Assembly (NCBI GenBank): GCA_048128005.1
Contig: JBEUKZ010000125.1
Location: 372,001-436,000 of the forward strand
DNA length: 64,000 bases
From: Veleropilina oligotropha
Lineage: Eukaryota
Direction: 5' to 3'
Shown one piece after another: positions 14,001 through 27,200 of this stretch (the first letter of the stretch is position 1; every line of letters starts with the position of its first letter). The notes under the pieces are model-generated. The model had not been told where the DNA came from and ran no database searches. It saw only the letters and a list, made by a program, of their open reading frames with translations. The position numbers and the translations under genes are program-made.

Positions 14001-15176
14001 TTCATGACCTCTATGTCCCCGTAGACACGTATCATTCATGACCTCTATGTCACCGTAGACACGTATCCAAACATCTCTCTAGGTCACAAGTTCCTGTGAG
14101 TCTCTGTAGCTCACCTCTATGTCCGACACGTTCCCGGGAGTCACTGAAGCTCACCTCTATGTCCGACACGATCTCACGAGACTCTGTAGGTCACCTCTAT
14201 ATCAGACACATTCCCGTGAGTCTCTGTAGCTCACCTCTATATCCGACACATTTCTGCGAATCTCTGTAGCTCACCTCTATGTCCGACACGTTCCCGTGAG
14301 TCTCTATACCTCACCTCGATGTCCGACACGTTCCGTGACTCTCTATAGCTCACCCAGGGTTCACCAAACCAGGCGAAGTGGGCGACTTCTTCGCCCTAGC
14401 TAGTCCGACTTCGCCTAACTGTTTTCCAAAAGCGAAGATGACTTCGCCCTGATCAAATAGTCCAGTCGCTTTTGTGAAATGGACAAATCATATCAATATA
14501 AATTCGAAAAGTTAGAAATCTTATTGGGGATTGGTGTTAATTAAGAGAGCATTGTTTTTTAATTGACCATTCATCTTCAAACAAAGAGTCTGACCCTATG
14601 TGTTTATTTAAGTAAGTAGCTAGATTGCGACTAATTAGGTCACCACATGGTCGGCTAAGAAATCCAATTGCTTCATTGATTTAATAATGAATAGACTCTA
14701 TGATGGTAATTAATGCAAAGACATACCTTTTGTTATGTTATTTGTCATGATTTATCAAGTTTTAATCATATAATCCTTTAAAACGTCCGACAGAAACTGA
14801 AACACGAACTTCAGAAAATGGAAGCTTTGCTACCACAGGAAACACATTCTTGTTCTTGTTCGAAAACGTCGAAAAATGACTAAATGCACATAATTCTATA
14901 AAAAAACTTCTGCTGATATATAAATAATCTGACAGCAAAAAATATTACGATATTTATTTCCATAAAATATATTATAATTTGTTAATTATTATCACAAGCC
15001 TTAAAATTGACGATGCTAACACAAATAATATTTATATTAATTTAATTTTTTTTGATAGGTTCAGACATCACATTTGTGATAACAAAAGGACTTTTTAGAA
15101 ATCATTGTGTAACATAAATATTTTTCATCTTAAATAATAAATGAATTTAATATAAATATAATATATACATAAATAC

Positions 15177-15271
<95 letters not shown>

Positions 15272-18200
15272 TATACATATATTTATTGCGCGTAATATGG
15301 GGTAAGTCACTTCTCTCTATAAAAATTGGCACTTCTCTCTGTGATGCCCTCACTTCTCTCTGTTGTCTCTCAAAAGAGAAGTCACTTCTCTCTGTCATTT
15401 GTGTCAATGGTGAACCCTGGCTCACCTCTATATTCGACACGTTCCGTGAGTCACAATAGGTCACCTCTATGTCCGACACGTACCCGGGAGTCACTGTAGC
15501 TCACCTCTATCTCCGACACGATCTCGCAAGACTCTGTAGCTCACCTCTATATCAGACACATTCCCGGGAGTCTCTGTAGCTCACCTCTATATTCGACACA
15601 TTCCCGTGAGTCTCTGTAGCTCACTTCAATGTCTGACAAGTTCCCATGAGTCTCTGTAGGTCACCTCTATGTCCAACACGTTCCCGCGAGTCTCTATAGC
15701 TCACCTCTATATCAGAGACGTTCCGTGAGTCACTATAGCTCACCTCTATTTCCGACACGTTCCTGTGAGTCTATATAGCTCACCTCTACTATGTCTGATA
15801 TGTTCCCGTGAGTCTATAGCTCACCTCTATATCTGACATGTTCCGTGAGTCTCTATAGCTCACCTTTATATCAGACACGTTCCGTGAGTCTCTATAGGTC
15901 ACCTCTATATCTGACAAGTTCTGTGAGTCTCTCTAGCTCACCTCTACATCCGATATGTTCCCAAGCATCTCTATAGCTCACCTCTACATCGGATATGTTC
16001 CGGTGAGTCTCTATATCTCACCTCTATATCCGACATGTTCCTGTGCGTCTCTATTAGACTATAGGTACCCTCTATATCCGACACGTACAAGTCAGTCTCT
16101 ATAGCTCACCTCTATGTCCGACACGTTCCCTGCTGCCATCGTGGTGTTGGTCAAGTCGCTTTCATTGCCGCTTTCCTCCTCGTCATCGCTCCCCTGCTTG
16201 CTACCCATCGATATATTATGCATCGCGTTGCTATCCTCGTCACCTGTGATAGCCAGGTTAGAACCATCGACCACTGACTTGGCTCCCGACTGTCGGAACT
16301 TCGTTGCATTCAATATTCTCATTCTGGCGAAAGAAAAGAACATTAGCATAGAAGGCAAGATGATATTTACACAGATATCAAAATTCTGTGGAGTTAAACC
16401 AGATCAATAGTACACAACCCATTACCATAAAGCCTATTCTATAGCACTTTCATAGTGAGAACATAGCTACCTTTTGAGTCTTCATTCAAGCTTGGCAAGG
16501 ATTGAGAGAAACTAGAGCTGTTGCTTTTAACGGTAGCTGGAGGTTTCGCCCCAAAGTCGTGGAGGTTTCGCCCCAGATTATTTTTTTTAATTACTATAAA
16601 AATTAACATATATTGCTAAATACTTTCCCAAAAAATAATTCTATCCTAAGTGTGACAAATTTCTATTAAATTACAAGGCCTTCCTTTCAAGTTTGAGTTT
16701 TGGGTAAGCAAAACGATCTCGCACCGAGTAACTTCACATGGCGTTGTCAATAGCAAATATATATATATATGTCAGTGTTTGATTTTTATTGCAAAACATA
16801 ACAATACATTTCAAATAACGTATAAATAATACAGAACAGACATAATGAATGTATACAATAATCTCTCTGTGAAAATACGAAAGTGTACACGGAAATATTT
16901 TATTTGCAAATGGCGACGTATAATCAGCGTACTTTTTACAATCTTTAACACAACGATTTATACACGATGAGTAAACCAAAACAGCAAAATATATGCCCAG
17001 GTGTATAAATAGTAAGCGTTTTAATGTCATATGTTATATTTATGTAATATTTTGTCTTGTTGAAGTACGGATTTTAGAGTTGGGGCGAAACCTCCTGGGA
17101 CATTTTTAGCGTAGGGCGAACCAGTAACGGGGTGAACTTGATTGGGGCGAAACCTCCAGAAACCCTTTTAACAGAGTGAAGTCACATCCCTTCGGAAACA
17201 TGACTGCCAGAAGAGTGAGTAGGTGTGATGTCGCTCAGTACTGTAGAAGCACAAGCTGTACCAATCTACAGTTACTGGAATATATAGCCATGTTAACAGT
17301 ACAATGCTTCCAAATGTGGGTTTAATACGTCCAAAAATATTTAACTAGATAGAGAGTTGGCATAGAATGACATTATAGAATAGGAATATATATTGTTTCA
17401 GAAACCAGAAGTTTATTTTCGCTGCTTCCATATTTCAATTATAGTTAACATAGTTTTATACATTTCTACAAATGCTAGTTCAATTTCCAAATTCAACAAT
17501 GGAGATCAGTGAATCAATGATACACCCAAAAGTACAGATACAAGGACTCACTTCCTAATTTTCCCTTCCACAATCCACTTGTCTCGACGAAGATTGGCCA
17601 TTCCTTCAATGTTCTTGTCTATTTCACTGGAAAGGAACAAAGTCAGTCATTATTTAACGTCATCTTTCTTCGTTCGTCATGAATTACATATGAATGCATT
17701 GGTTTATGAGAAAAACAAGTTCTCAAAAGTATCATCTAGTATTGAGTTGGATGCTGACATAATAGCAATGCAAAATATACCATACATAATTTATCTGATC
17801 GATGCAGAAAAAAGGATCTCGAAACAGTTACACCGCATCAGTAGGAAATACCTGAAATACTGAAGGTATTACATGATTGGATGGATCGATTTTTGATGTC
17901 TCATTTTAACGAATGAATTGTGAGCCATAATTTTTATCCACTCCACCACCTGGCAGCTCTAGTCTTTTATGATAACTGCAGCAGTACATTATCCATATAG
18001 CACGGTGACAGTCACCCTATTTTTTAAGGGACTTTAATGTAGTCCGCCCCACCTGGTGATGACTTTGCTGCAGAGCAGTTCATCACAGAGGTACGCTAAT
18101 GTCTTGGCCTTCTGGGACGAAGTCAACGATTCCAAGGGATGGTCGTCCAACCATTGGCTGATCTGTAAGAAAGGAACACATCAATGACCAATCAAACAAG

Positions 18201-21200
18201 TGCTATCGATATAGCGGTATCCCCCACAGTAAAGCATTTTGTCAATATATGCAAGAAACAACGGCTTACAAAACGTGATTCATTAATTAAACTATGATAA
18301 ATGTCATTTTTGTCACATGACTCCACAACAAGGAATATGTCATAAAGACGTTTAGAAACTATTTGTGTCATACACACAAATAATATATAATTTTAAATAT
18401 ACATAGTATGTTACCCAGCAAACAAAAGATATAATAGTTTTGTATGGCTTGAATCGATGCCTAAAGTCTCTTTTTAACACTTTTCAGGGTCATATTTCAT
18501 ATCAAATGAATGTAAATAATAAAATCATTTTCAGTCATTGTAAGAAAAATAAATTTTATATTTTCCAAACAGGGTCAGAAGTCGTTGAAACGTCGAATGG
18601 TAATGGCGTACCTCCTTTGTCTCAGGGTAAACTCACTTAACAAGACTGGGCCACTTCGGCAGTGCAGTGGGTAAGAGTGTAATACCCCTCTCGTATCGGT
18701 TTGTGAAATAAAATGATTATCTGTCTGAATATGTGTTCAGGCATATTTTGATGATTTAATCAAATTCACTGGCTTGATTCCGCTAATGCGAACAGTGGTG
18801 GGTTCAATACCTGGCTGAGGCATTGTTCAAGTTATGAATCACAGTTGTCCGTGACTGGCCGAAGAGGGCGGGTTTACCTGAGCGACCGGGGTTTCCTCCC
18901 GCGATAACACGGACATGTCCTGCCTTGAACCGCGATGTTGTAAATATACAGGACATTAAGAATCATTCCTCCCTCCCTTAACAAGACTATATGAGTTATC
19001 ATGCGGAAACGAGAAGGTGGACAAGCAGCGGCGCCATAGCGTAATACCCCTCTCGTATCGGTTTGTGAAATAAAATTATTATCTGTCTGAATATGTGTTC
19101 AGGCATATTTTGATGATTTAATCAAAACTTACATCGTTTTCTCCTCCGTTCCTGGCGACGACAAATATCCTCAGCGCTTCTGACAGTATGGTGTCGTTGA
19201 TGTCGAGCTCCGTTAATTTTTGGCCCAGCTTGGTCACAGCCTTAAAAGTACACATTAGCAGATTTGAAAAAGAAACCTTGCAATGTATTCAAGAATAACT
19301 ATGACAGTAATCACAAAGCAAATGACAATAAAATAAAAATACCTATTAATCTGGAAGCGACCTATCAAGTATTGGCTACAAAGCATTATAAAGTAGCGAA
19401 ATCTTCGAGCCCACAACTCCAGGGTTGTATCATACCCCTGTCATGTCAGTCATCTTGAATGCAAAATGATCTAAATCGTTTGACGCTATGACATCATCAT
19501 AACTAATATGCATGTAAAATCTCCGCATATGCGGCAGCAAAATAAAGACAAAATACATTGCTCCTGATTATTGTCCTGAGATACAATAATTTCCAATTGT
19601 ACTTCTGAATCATATTGAATCAAATACTTAGTAAATATAATGTAAATATAATAACGCATTCCTGCAGTACCTCTTTAGGGTTAGGAAACCCAGGATCTTC
19701 TAGAGCGAATTTCAGCAGATGCGTTGTGACGAACACGAGCTCCTCCACGTCATCTTCCGTTTCATTGAGCAGTGCGTTCTGGAGGGTGTTCAGCGTCGGC
19801 AGGGAATCCGTGTCTGAAAGCGGAATTAACATACATCTCAATATATTTCCATATGCTCATTCAGGGCATTTGGTGGCCGAGAGGTAATTGATCTTGGCTG
19901 ACAATGGACGTATTCGACCTGGATTCGATTCCACTGCTCAACATTTAGTGGGTTAGCAGTCACAATTGTCCTTAACAGAGGTTTTCTCCCCAGACAATAT
20001 TGACACCCTCAACCACCTTAATTTTTATGATTATAATATTTTAATATTTTTGATATTTTCATGTGTATCAAAACGTGCTATTACAGTTGAATTTTGCTAT
20101 TATCTTTACTCTTTAACGTAATCACAGTATTATTCTCGTCATTTTTGCCATGACATTTATTCAAAGACTAAATCTGTTATTGAGCCAAATTAGTTTTTCC
20201 ACTGGCAGCAAATAAATGACCTTTTCTCTCATTTCTTGCATTTAGTTATGTATATTAGGCATACAAGTCCTGTATCACAGCCATTCATGATTGTCTACAT
20301 CTCAGCAGACATAGTGTGTTATGCATAGCGCTAAGTCCAGTACAGTACATATATTCAAGCAAAAATTATGTCTATGATAACAGTGGCAAATATGAATGCA
20401 TTGGGACGTCAATCGTCTTTCTAAATTCGAATCTGTATAAACGAAATAAAATGTTTGTGCCACACGTAAATCTCACCAAATCCCAAGGCATCCCCAAAGT
20501 TATGGAGGAATTCCATGATCATCATGCAGTCTGCGAATGCTTCGCCGGACAGACGCACGCCGGCGATCTTACTGAGTGGTGGCAATGCCTGACAAGGAAA
20601 CAAATATATATGTCAGCAACGTAAATCACATTAATTTACTTTTTACAACATTTTCAGTCAGAACCTTTTTGAAGGACAGGTGATGGATTTTTAAACCATC
20701 CCTTCTACTAGTTTTAAACGTTAAAACAAACCATTTCGGTGCGTGAATCAAATTCACAACCAAGCCCACATAGCTGAGCTATCGAGGACAGTTTCTAATA
20801 TAGGGAGGAACACTTTGAATGTGAAAAATACAATGATGTAAGCGTTCATGTTAATGAAGCCAACATGCAATTGCAAGAAAAATAACACATTTTCGTCATG
20901 GTTTTGAAGGCATTGATTTTAACTGCCACTTGAACTTACAGCAACATTTGTGATACGTTCATGACGTAGATGTTTCAGTGTAGGTCGCAAGTTACTTATT
21001 AATAATAATAATAATAGTCCATTTATAACGCGCTGTATTCCATGTATATACATACTCTAAGCGCAGACATTATTATCCCTGGTTTTTATCGGCATGTTCT
21101 GATCATGAATCCATCTTCGCTCCCTTTGTGAATATTACAGTCAAGCTGCCATTTAAGTGAGCGCTACGACTAAATGCGCTGGCTCAACAGTGTGGGTCGA

Positions 21201-24200
21201 TCCAACTCCCAGTAAAATGTACATTGACTTTATGATACACAGTTGTTTATACATGGGATCTAGATCTATCCTCCTTCAATAAATGTTTAATGAACATATC
21301 CGACTATGACCCTAATCAGTACAAAAAAACTCACATTGATCATAAATCGGCAAAAAGTCATTTGTAATGAACCGCAATACATCTTATCTGCACATACAGT
21401 TCAATAGGTGTCATGTCTATTTAACTTTAGTTTGAAAATCAAAATCTAGCAATGTCCATACAGTGGATACTTCTTAGCATATCATGTACAATCTACAGGA
21501 ATATATAATTTAATTGCAGAACTGACCTTCGCATCCCGAAGTTCCATGTCGTCACAGGGTTTCTTTAACTCTTGAGCAATTTGAAATTCCATTCTTCTCA
21601 TTTCCTTGAAGTATTAAAAATCAGAAGTTGAAATTTTCAAGTTATTCTAACACACAATATGAAAAGTACATTATCAAATATGATAGAATAATAATAGTTA
21701 ACATTTCAATTCATCACACTATGAGATCCCACCAACACAACATCACTATTTAATTTCAATACCGACTTACACAACAAATGTTTATTCATTTTACTACAAA
21801 ATATATTAAGTCTTTTTCCAACCAATCATCCATTCATTCACCCCAGATATTATATCTGTTTAAATCACTTCAAGTCGCAATTCATCTTGAGCTGTCTTAC
21901 CATCTTTCTATCGACGGACACCTGCTTCTCAGCTCTCTTCAGTTCCTTTACTTTCTCTTTCTCCTTGAAAGACATTAAATTGCAATTTAAGATATCATCT
22001 TTCAACATCCCTTATGCATAGCTCTCACATAGACAGCGAGCAAGGGGGAGATAAGTATTAAAATACACTCATGCTGGTTGAAAAAGAGGCTTCACTTTGG
22101 GATGAAGACACTTCGAATGAATCAGTGAACGTACAATGTTGTCTATTACCCGTTGACGAATGGTTTGGTTTCTCCTGATTGGTGAGATTTACTGGATATA
22201 CCAATCTTTCCTCACATGATAATAACCACCAATACCAGTAGGACTGTTTACTGTCACAATTATCTCAAATTTCAAGACAATTTTTCTTGCTAATATTCTA
22301 CCTGATGCTTCTTTCTCGCCTCCAACGCCTTCACAAGCATAAAATGCTGTCGCCGTCTCTCTCTCTCCTGCAAAGAAAACCAAAAACAAACTTAGGGTGG
22401 ATGAACTCAGATCAAACCATTCACAAATTAAAAATGATGTCAAATGAGCCAAAATAATTTAAAGTATAAGTGAATAAATGAATTACTGATGCAAACAATT
22501 CGTGATGACATCTGGGATTCACATCATGCACTTTTACTTTCGTTATATATATCCAGTATGCACGAGGGAATGTTTCACTTAGGACAATTAAGTTCTAAAA
22601 TTACTGTCTACACGGTGTCGAGTGGGTAAGCGGGTAACTCCGCAATCACTGCTCTAGGAGTGGGTCTAATTATTGGCTCGCGGACTTCGTGGAGTTCCAG
22701 TCACAGTTGTCCATATAACCAGCCAGAGCACCAGTAAATCCTGCTTTCCTCCAATGTTAATATGAACATGCGAGTCCAAAGACGTTAAATGGGCACCAAT
22801 AAACACAACAGAGTACTGACACTATCAAATACCCAAGCCCACAACTTACACGGTGTGTATCCCCCATAGCGGCCATCTTGAATCATGAAAAATGACAAAA
22901 ATCGTATGGGATTGTGACCTCATCATAACTAATTTACTTATCAAATTTTAATCAAATTGGAATATTATTCTACAAGTGCTAACTAGTGACGAGCACGCAG
23001 ATTACTAGTATATAATATAGGCCTATACGTCAGGAAAATATAACAATGAAATGTCTTTATTGATCAATTACGCTTACAAATGCGCGTAATCGACTATGAC
23101 AAAGATTGACCACAGACCAGCATATCTCTCATTGGTTAATGTAGCCACGATCCGACCTTTGTTTCGGCAAATTCCGCTTCAAAACGCATGATGTCATGTC
23201 ACGTAAATTGATCATGGCAAGAATAGTCTCGCACGATTATCGAGATGCGCGCACATAATTATATTTCCGTTTCCTGTTCGTAACATCGATTTTTATTTAC
23301 TATTATGTTGTAGAGTTATCTGCCCTTGTATACGCATTTATGTGTAAGCTCGCACTGCGTGCTCGCTATAATTGTTGGCTGCATAGCGCACATAATAAAT
23401 GTCTGGTGAAGCAGTGCTGGAGAAACCAAGACAAAAGCATATATTGTCTGGGATTATTTAATTATTGGTTAGTCACTGACGACCATATAAGGAGTTCTGA
23501 CGTCGTCTGCTTATTACCTGCTCCTTCATCATGACTGCCTGCTGACGCTTCATCTCACGCTCCTACGGAAATAAAAAATTGCCATTTTATTTCATAAATT
23601 TTGTCTTCAAAACTGACAGAGAAACACTGCTATCATAGCCAGAAATATAGATCAAAATTTCATTAGGATATAGCATAGGTATCGTATTTTAGTTAGTCAA
23701 CTTTCAATGTATTCGTTGAAAATTTTGACATACTCATCCCCAATATATTGTAGACATATAATTAATTCGAAGTAAAATCATGAATCATAAGATACATTTT
23801 AAGAATACCATTGGTGAGCTGGGCAATGTGATGGAGACCAGACACTCAATGGCCATTTTAGTCAACAGATAAAAAGATAACAAATAGCACATAAGAGAAT
23901 GACTGTATTTTTGTCACGTAAATATATTGAAATTATAAAAATACACACATTCATAGCATCCAAATATCTTTAATTAAATATCCAATTAAGTTATAAATTA
24001 AATGTCTGCCTTAGTTCAGAATATATCCAATGGTCCTATGTTTCAAAGTAGTATGCCATTAGCAAACATATTTATAGATGCTATTAAATCAATCATTAAT
24101 CTAAAAAATCACATATTTACTTAGAATTTCATTACATAGCACAATGCGGCATAGCTGCAATTTATAGAATTTAATCAGATAAAGCGGGTCACTCCACATG

Positions 24201-27200
24201 CATTAAATAATACACTCATTTTGCTCCAGTCTAAGATGATCGTAATAATATTGCAGAATCTAGATAATATCATTATTGTAGTGCTAGCAAATATACATAA
24301 ATGCCATGCTCTAATTCCAATACCAAAGAGCCAATTAAATGATAAGATTTCAAAGCATACCGGTTCAAAAATTATTCGTTTGTTAAAACATTCACAGAAT
24401 TGTCAAAACTAGAGCTGTCACAGGAGTGATCATATGCCCCACGAAAGCTTTTGACCCACCTAGGAACAGGCTGTTGTTGCATACACACATGAAGTTTCAT
24501 GTCCCTCGGTCAAATAGAATGGGAAATATGAAGCGGAAGGGAATTTTAGACCGAATGCGGTCGTGTGAAAAATAGGTCGTGATGACCTACTTTCGGTACG
24601 CGAAATACCTTTCAGTTATGATGCAGACGCACATCAAGTTTCGTGTCCCTCGGTCAAATAGTATGGGAGATATGGAGCAGAAGGGAAATTTGGACCAAAT
24701 GCTATCAAGCGTGAAAAGTAGATCGCGGTGACCTACTTTTGGTATGCGACACACATTTGGGTTATGGAGCATAAACACATCAAGTTTCGTGTCCCTCAGT
24801 CAAATAGTATGGGAAATATGGAGCGGAAGGTAATTTTGGATCGTGTGCAATCAAGCATGAAAAGTAAGTCGTGTGACCTACTTTTAGTACGCGACACACC
24901 TTGGGTTATGACCCATGCACACATGGAGTTTCGTGTCCCTCGGTCAAATAGTATGGGAGATATGGAGCGGAAGGGAATTTTGGATTAAGTGCAGTCAAGC
25001 ATGAAAGGTAGGCCGTGGTGACCTACTTTTGGTACGCGACACACCTTTGGGTTATGACGCATGCACACATCAAGTTTCGTGTCCCTAGGAAAAATAGTAT
25101 CAGAGATATGGAGCGGAACGGAATTTGCAAAAGACCAACTGACAAGCTGACTCCTATGTGCCCCCCCTAAACATCGTTTGTGGGGGCATAATGAAATCCT
25201 TGTCATTTTCAGTGCCAAGGACATGTTAACACTACAAATCTACTGAAGAATCTGATGTTTTTTTAGATTCATACTAACATTTAGCACAAGATAGAAAATT
25301 AAAAGAGCTTAAATAAAAAATAACAAAATAAAATTTGATGCTCGTTAAATATAAAAACTACTGCAACAACATATATTGTGTGTAATTGTTAAGCGTACAA
25401 TGGAAGTGTGTTTGGCAGCATAGCACTATTCAGTCACATAGCAAACCGACGCTTTGTAGTTCATGCTTCAATCAGCTCAATTCATTACAATATAAGTAAC
25501 CAGTTATTTTTCGATAACGTGACTTTGTGATTAGACAAGAGCTAAAGCTCGAAATGGCTCGCATGCGTGGAACTGCGCAAGACTTATATTTCATGAGTAT
25601 TGTGTTTATAGTAAATAGTAGATGACATTGTCAATTTGAAATAAACAAAGCATTATGTAAAAAGTTGATTAAAGAGCTAAAATGCTATTTATATGCAAAA
25701 TTTCAATTAAAATTGCTTTCAGTATGCCTATTGTTGCAAATATAGCATGTGTGAGAAACTTTAACGAACATTTCAAGTCCAAAAGCAGCATTTTATAGTG
25801 AAATTTGATTTAAACTAGACTTATCACAGAAGTGACCATATGCCCCCACAAAAGCACTTGACCCATGAACAGGCTATCGCAGTGACCTACTTTTGGTACC
25901 GGACACACCTTTGGGATATGAAGCATGCACACATCAAGTTTCGTGTCCCTCGGTCAAATAGCAATAATGGGAGATATGGAGCTCAAGGGAATTTTGGACT
26001 GAATGCGGTCAAGCATGGAAAGTACTAGTCACGGTGACCTACTTTTGGTATGCGACACACCTTTGGGATATGACGCATCCACACATCAAGTTTCGTGTCC
26101 CTAGGTCAAATAGCATGGGAGATTTGGAATGGAAAGGAATTTTGGACCAAACGCAGTCAAATGTGAAAAGTAAGTTGTGGTGACATACTTTTGGTACGCG
26201 GCACACCTTTGTATTAAGATGCATGCACACATCAAGTTTCGTGTCCCTCTGTCAAATAGTATGGGAGATATGGAGCAGAAGGGAATTTTTGACCAAGTGC
26301 GATCAAGCATGGGGGCATAATTATCTTCAATATTATTTATTTATGTTCAGATAACAATGAAATAGTGACATCCAACATGTATAGTAATGCTAAAACATGC
26401 ATATTGTTGCTTATATAGCACGATTGAGAAACTTCAACCAAAAACTTTAACTTTAAGTCCAAAAGCAGCATTTTATGGTGAAATTCGAAAGAAATTACCT
26501 TCAATATTATTTATTTAGTGTGAGGTAACGATGAAATAGTGATATCTAGCAAATAGAAATGTTAAAACATGCATATTGTTGCTTATATAACATGATTGAG
26601 AAACTTTACCAAAAAATTAACCTGAGAACCAATTGTTGACGCCGGTCGGAAGGCCGGACAGATGGACGAACGGCCAGACGACATGCTCATTACATAGACT
26701 CGCATTTGCGTTGCATGCGAGCTAAAAAGGACTTGAATAACAAAACCAATTGATATACAAGTAGATGTTTCCGATGTGATGAAAATAGAAATGACATGAT
26801 TGCGATATTTCGGAAAACTAATACATTTTGAATTTAGGTTAACAGCGTTTCACAATAATTTACTTCCGATAATAGTCAACAAGTTGTTATTGGATCCAGT
26901 TTCAAAGCAAGGCATTCAGTACGCCAGGACATAAATCTAATGAATCGGTCATGTTAAGTGTTGTTTTTGTACAATCTACATTGTACCCACACAGGGAGAC
27001 TATAGCATTGTCGAATAATGGATCCACCAGTGGCGTCTAGCAATACGAAATAAAATCATGCTGACCTTGAACTAATTTTCAAGGTATAAGAACTGTATAA
27101 AAAATAGCGACAATCATATGCTCCAATAAATGACAGGTATTAAATGTCAGAGGTCAACTAAGAGCAAATTATGGGGATGACGTGTGATTGATTACCCCAA

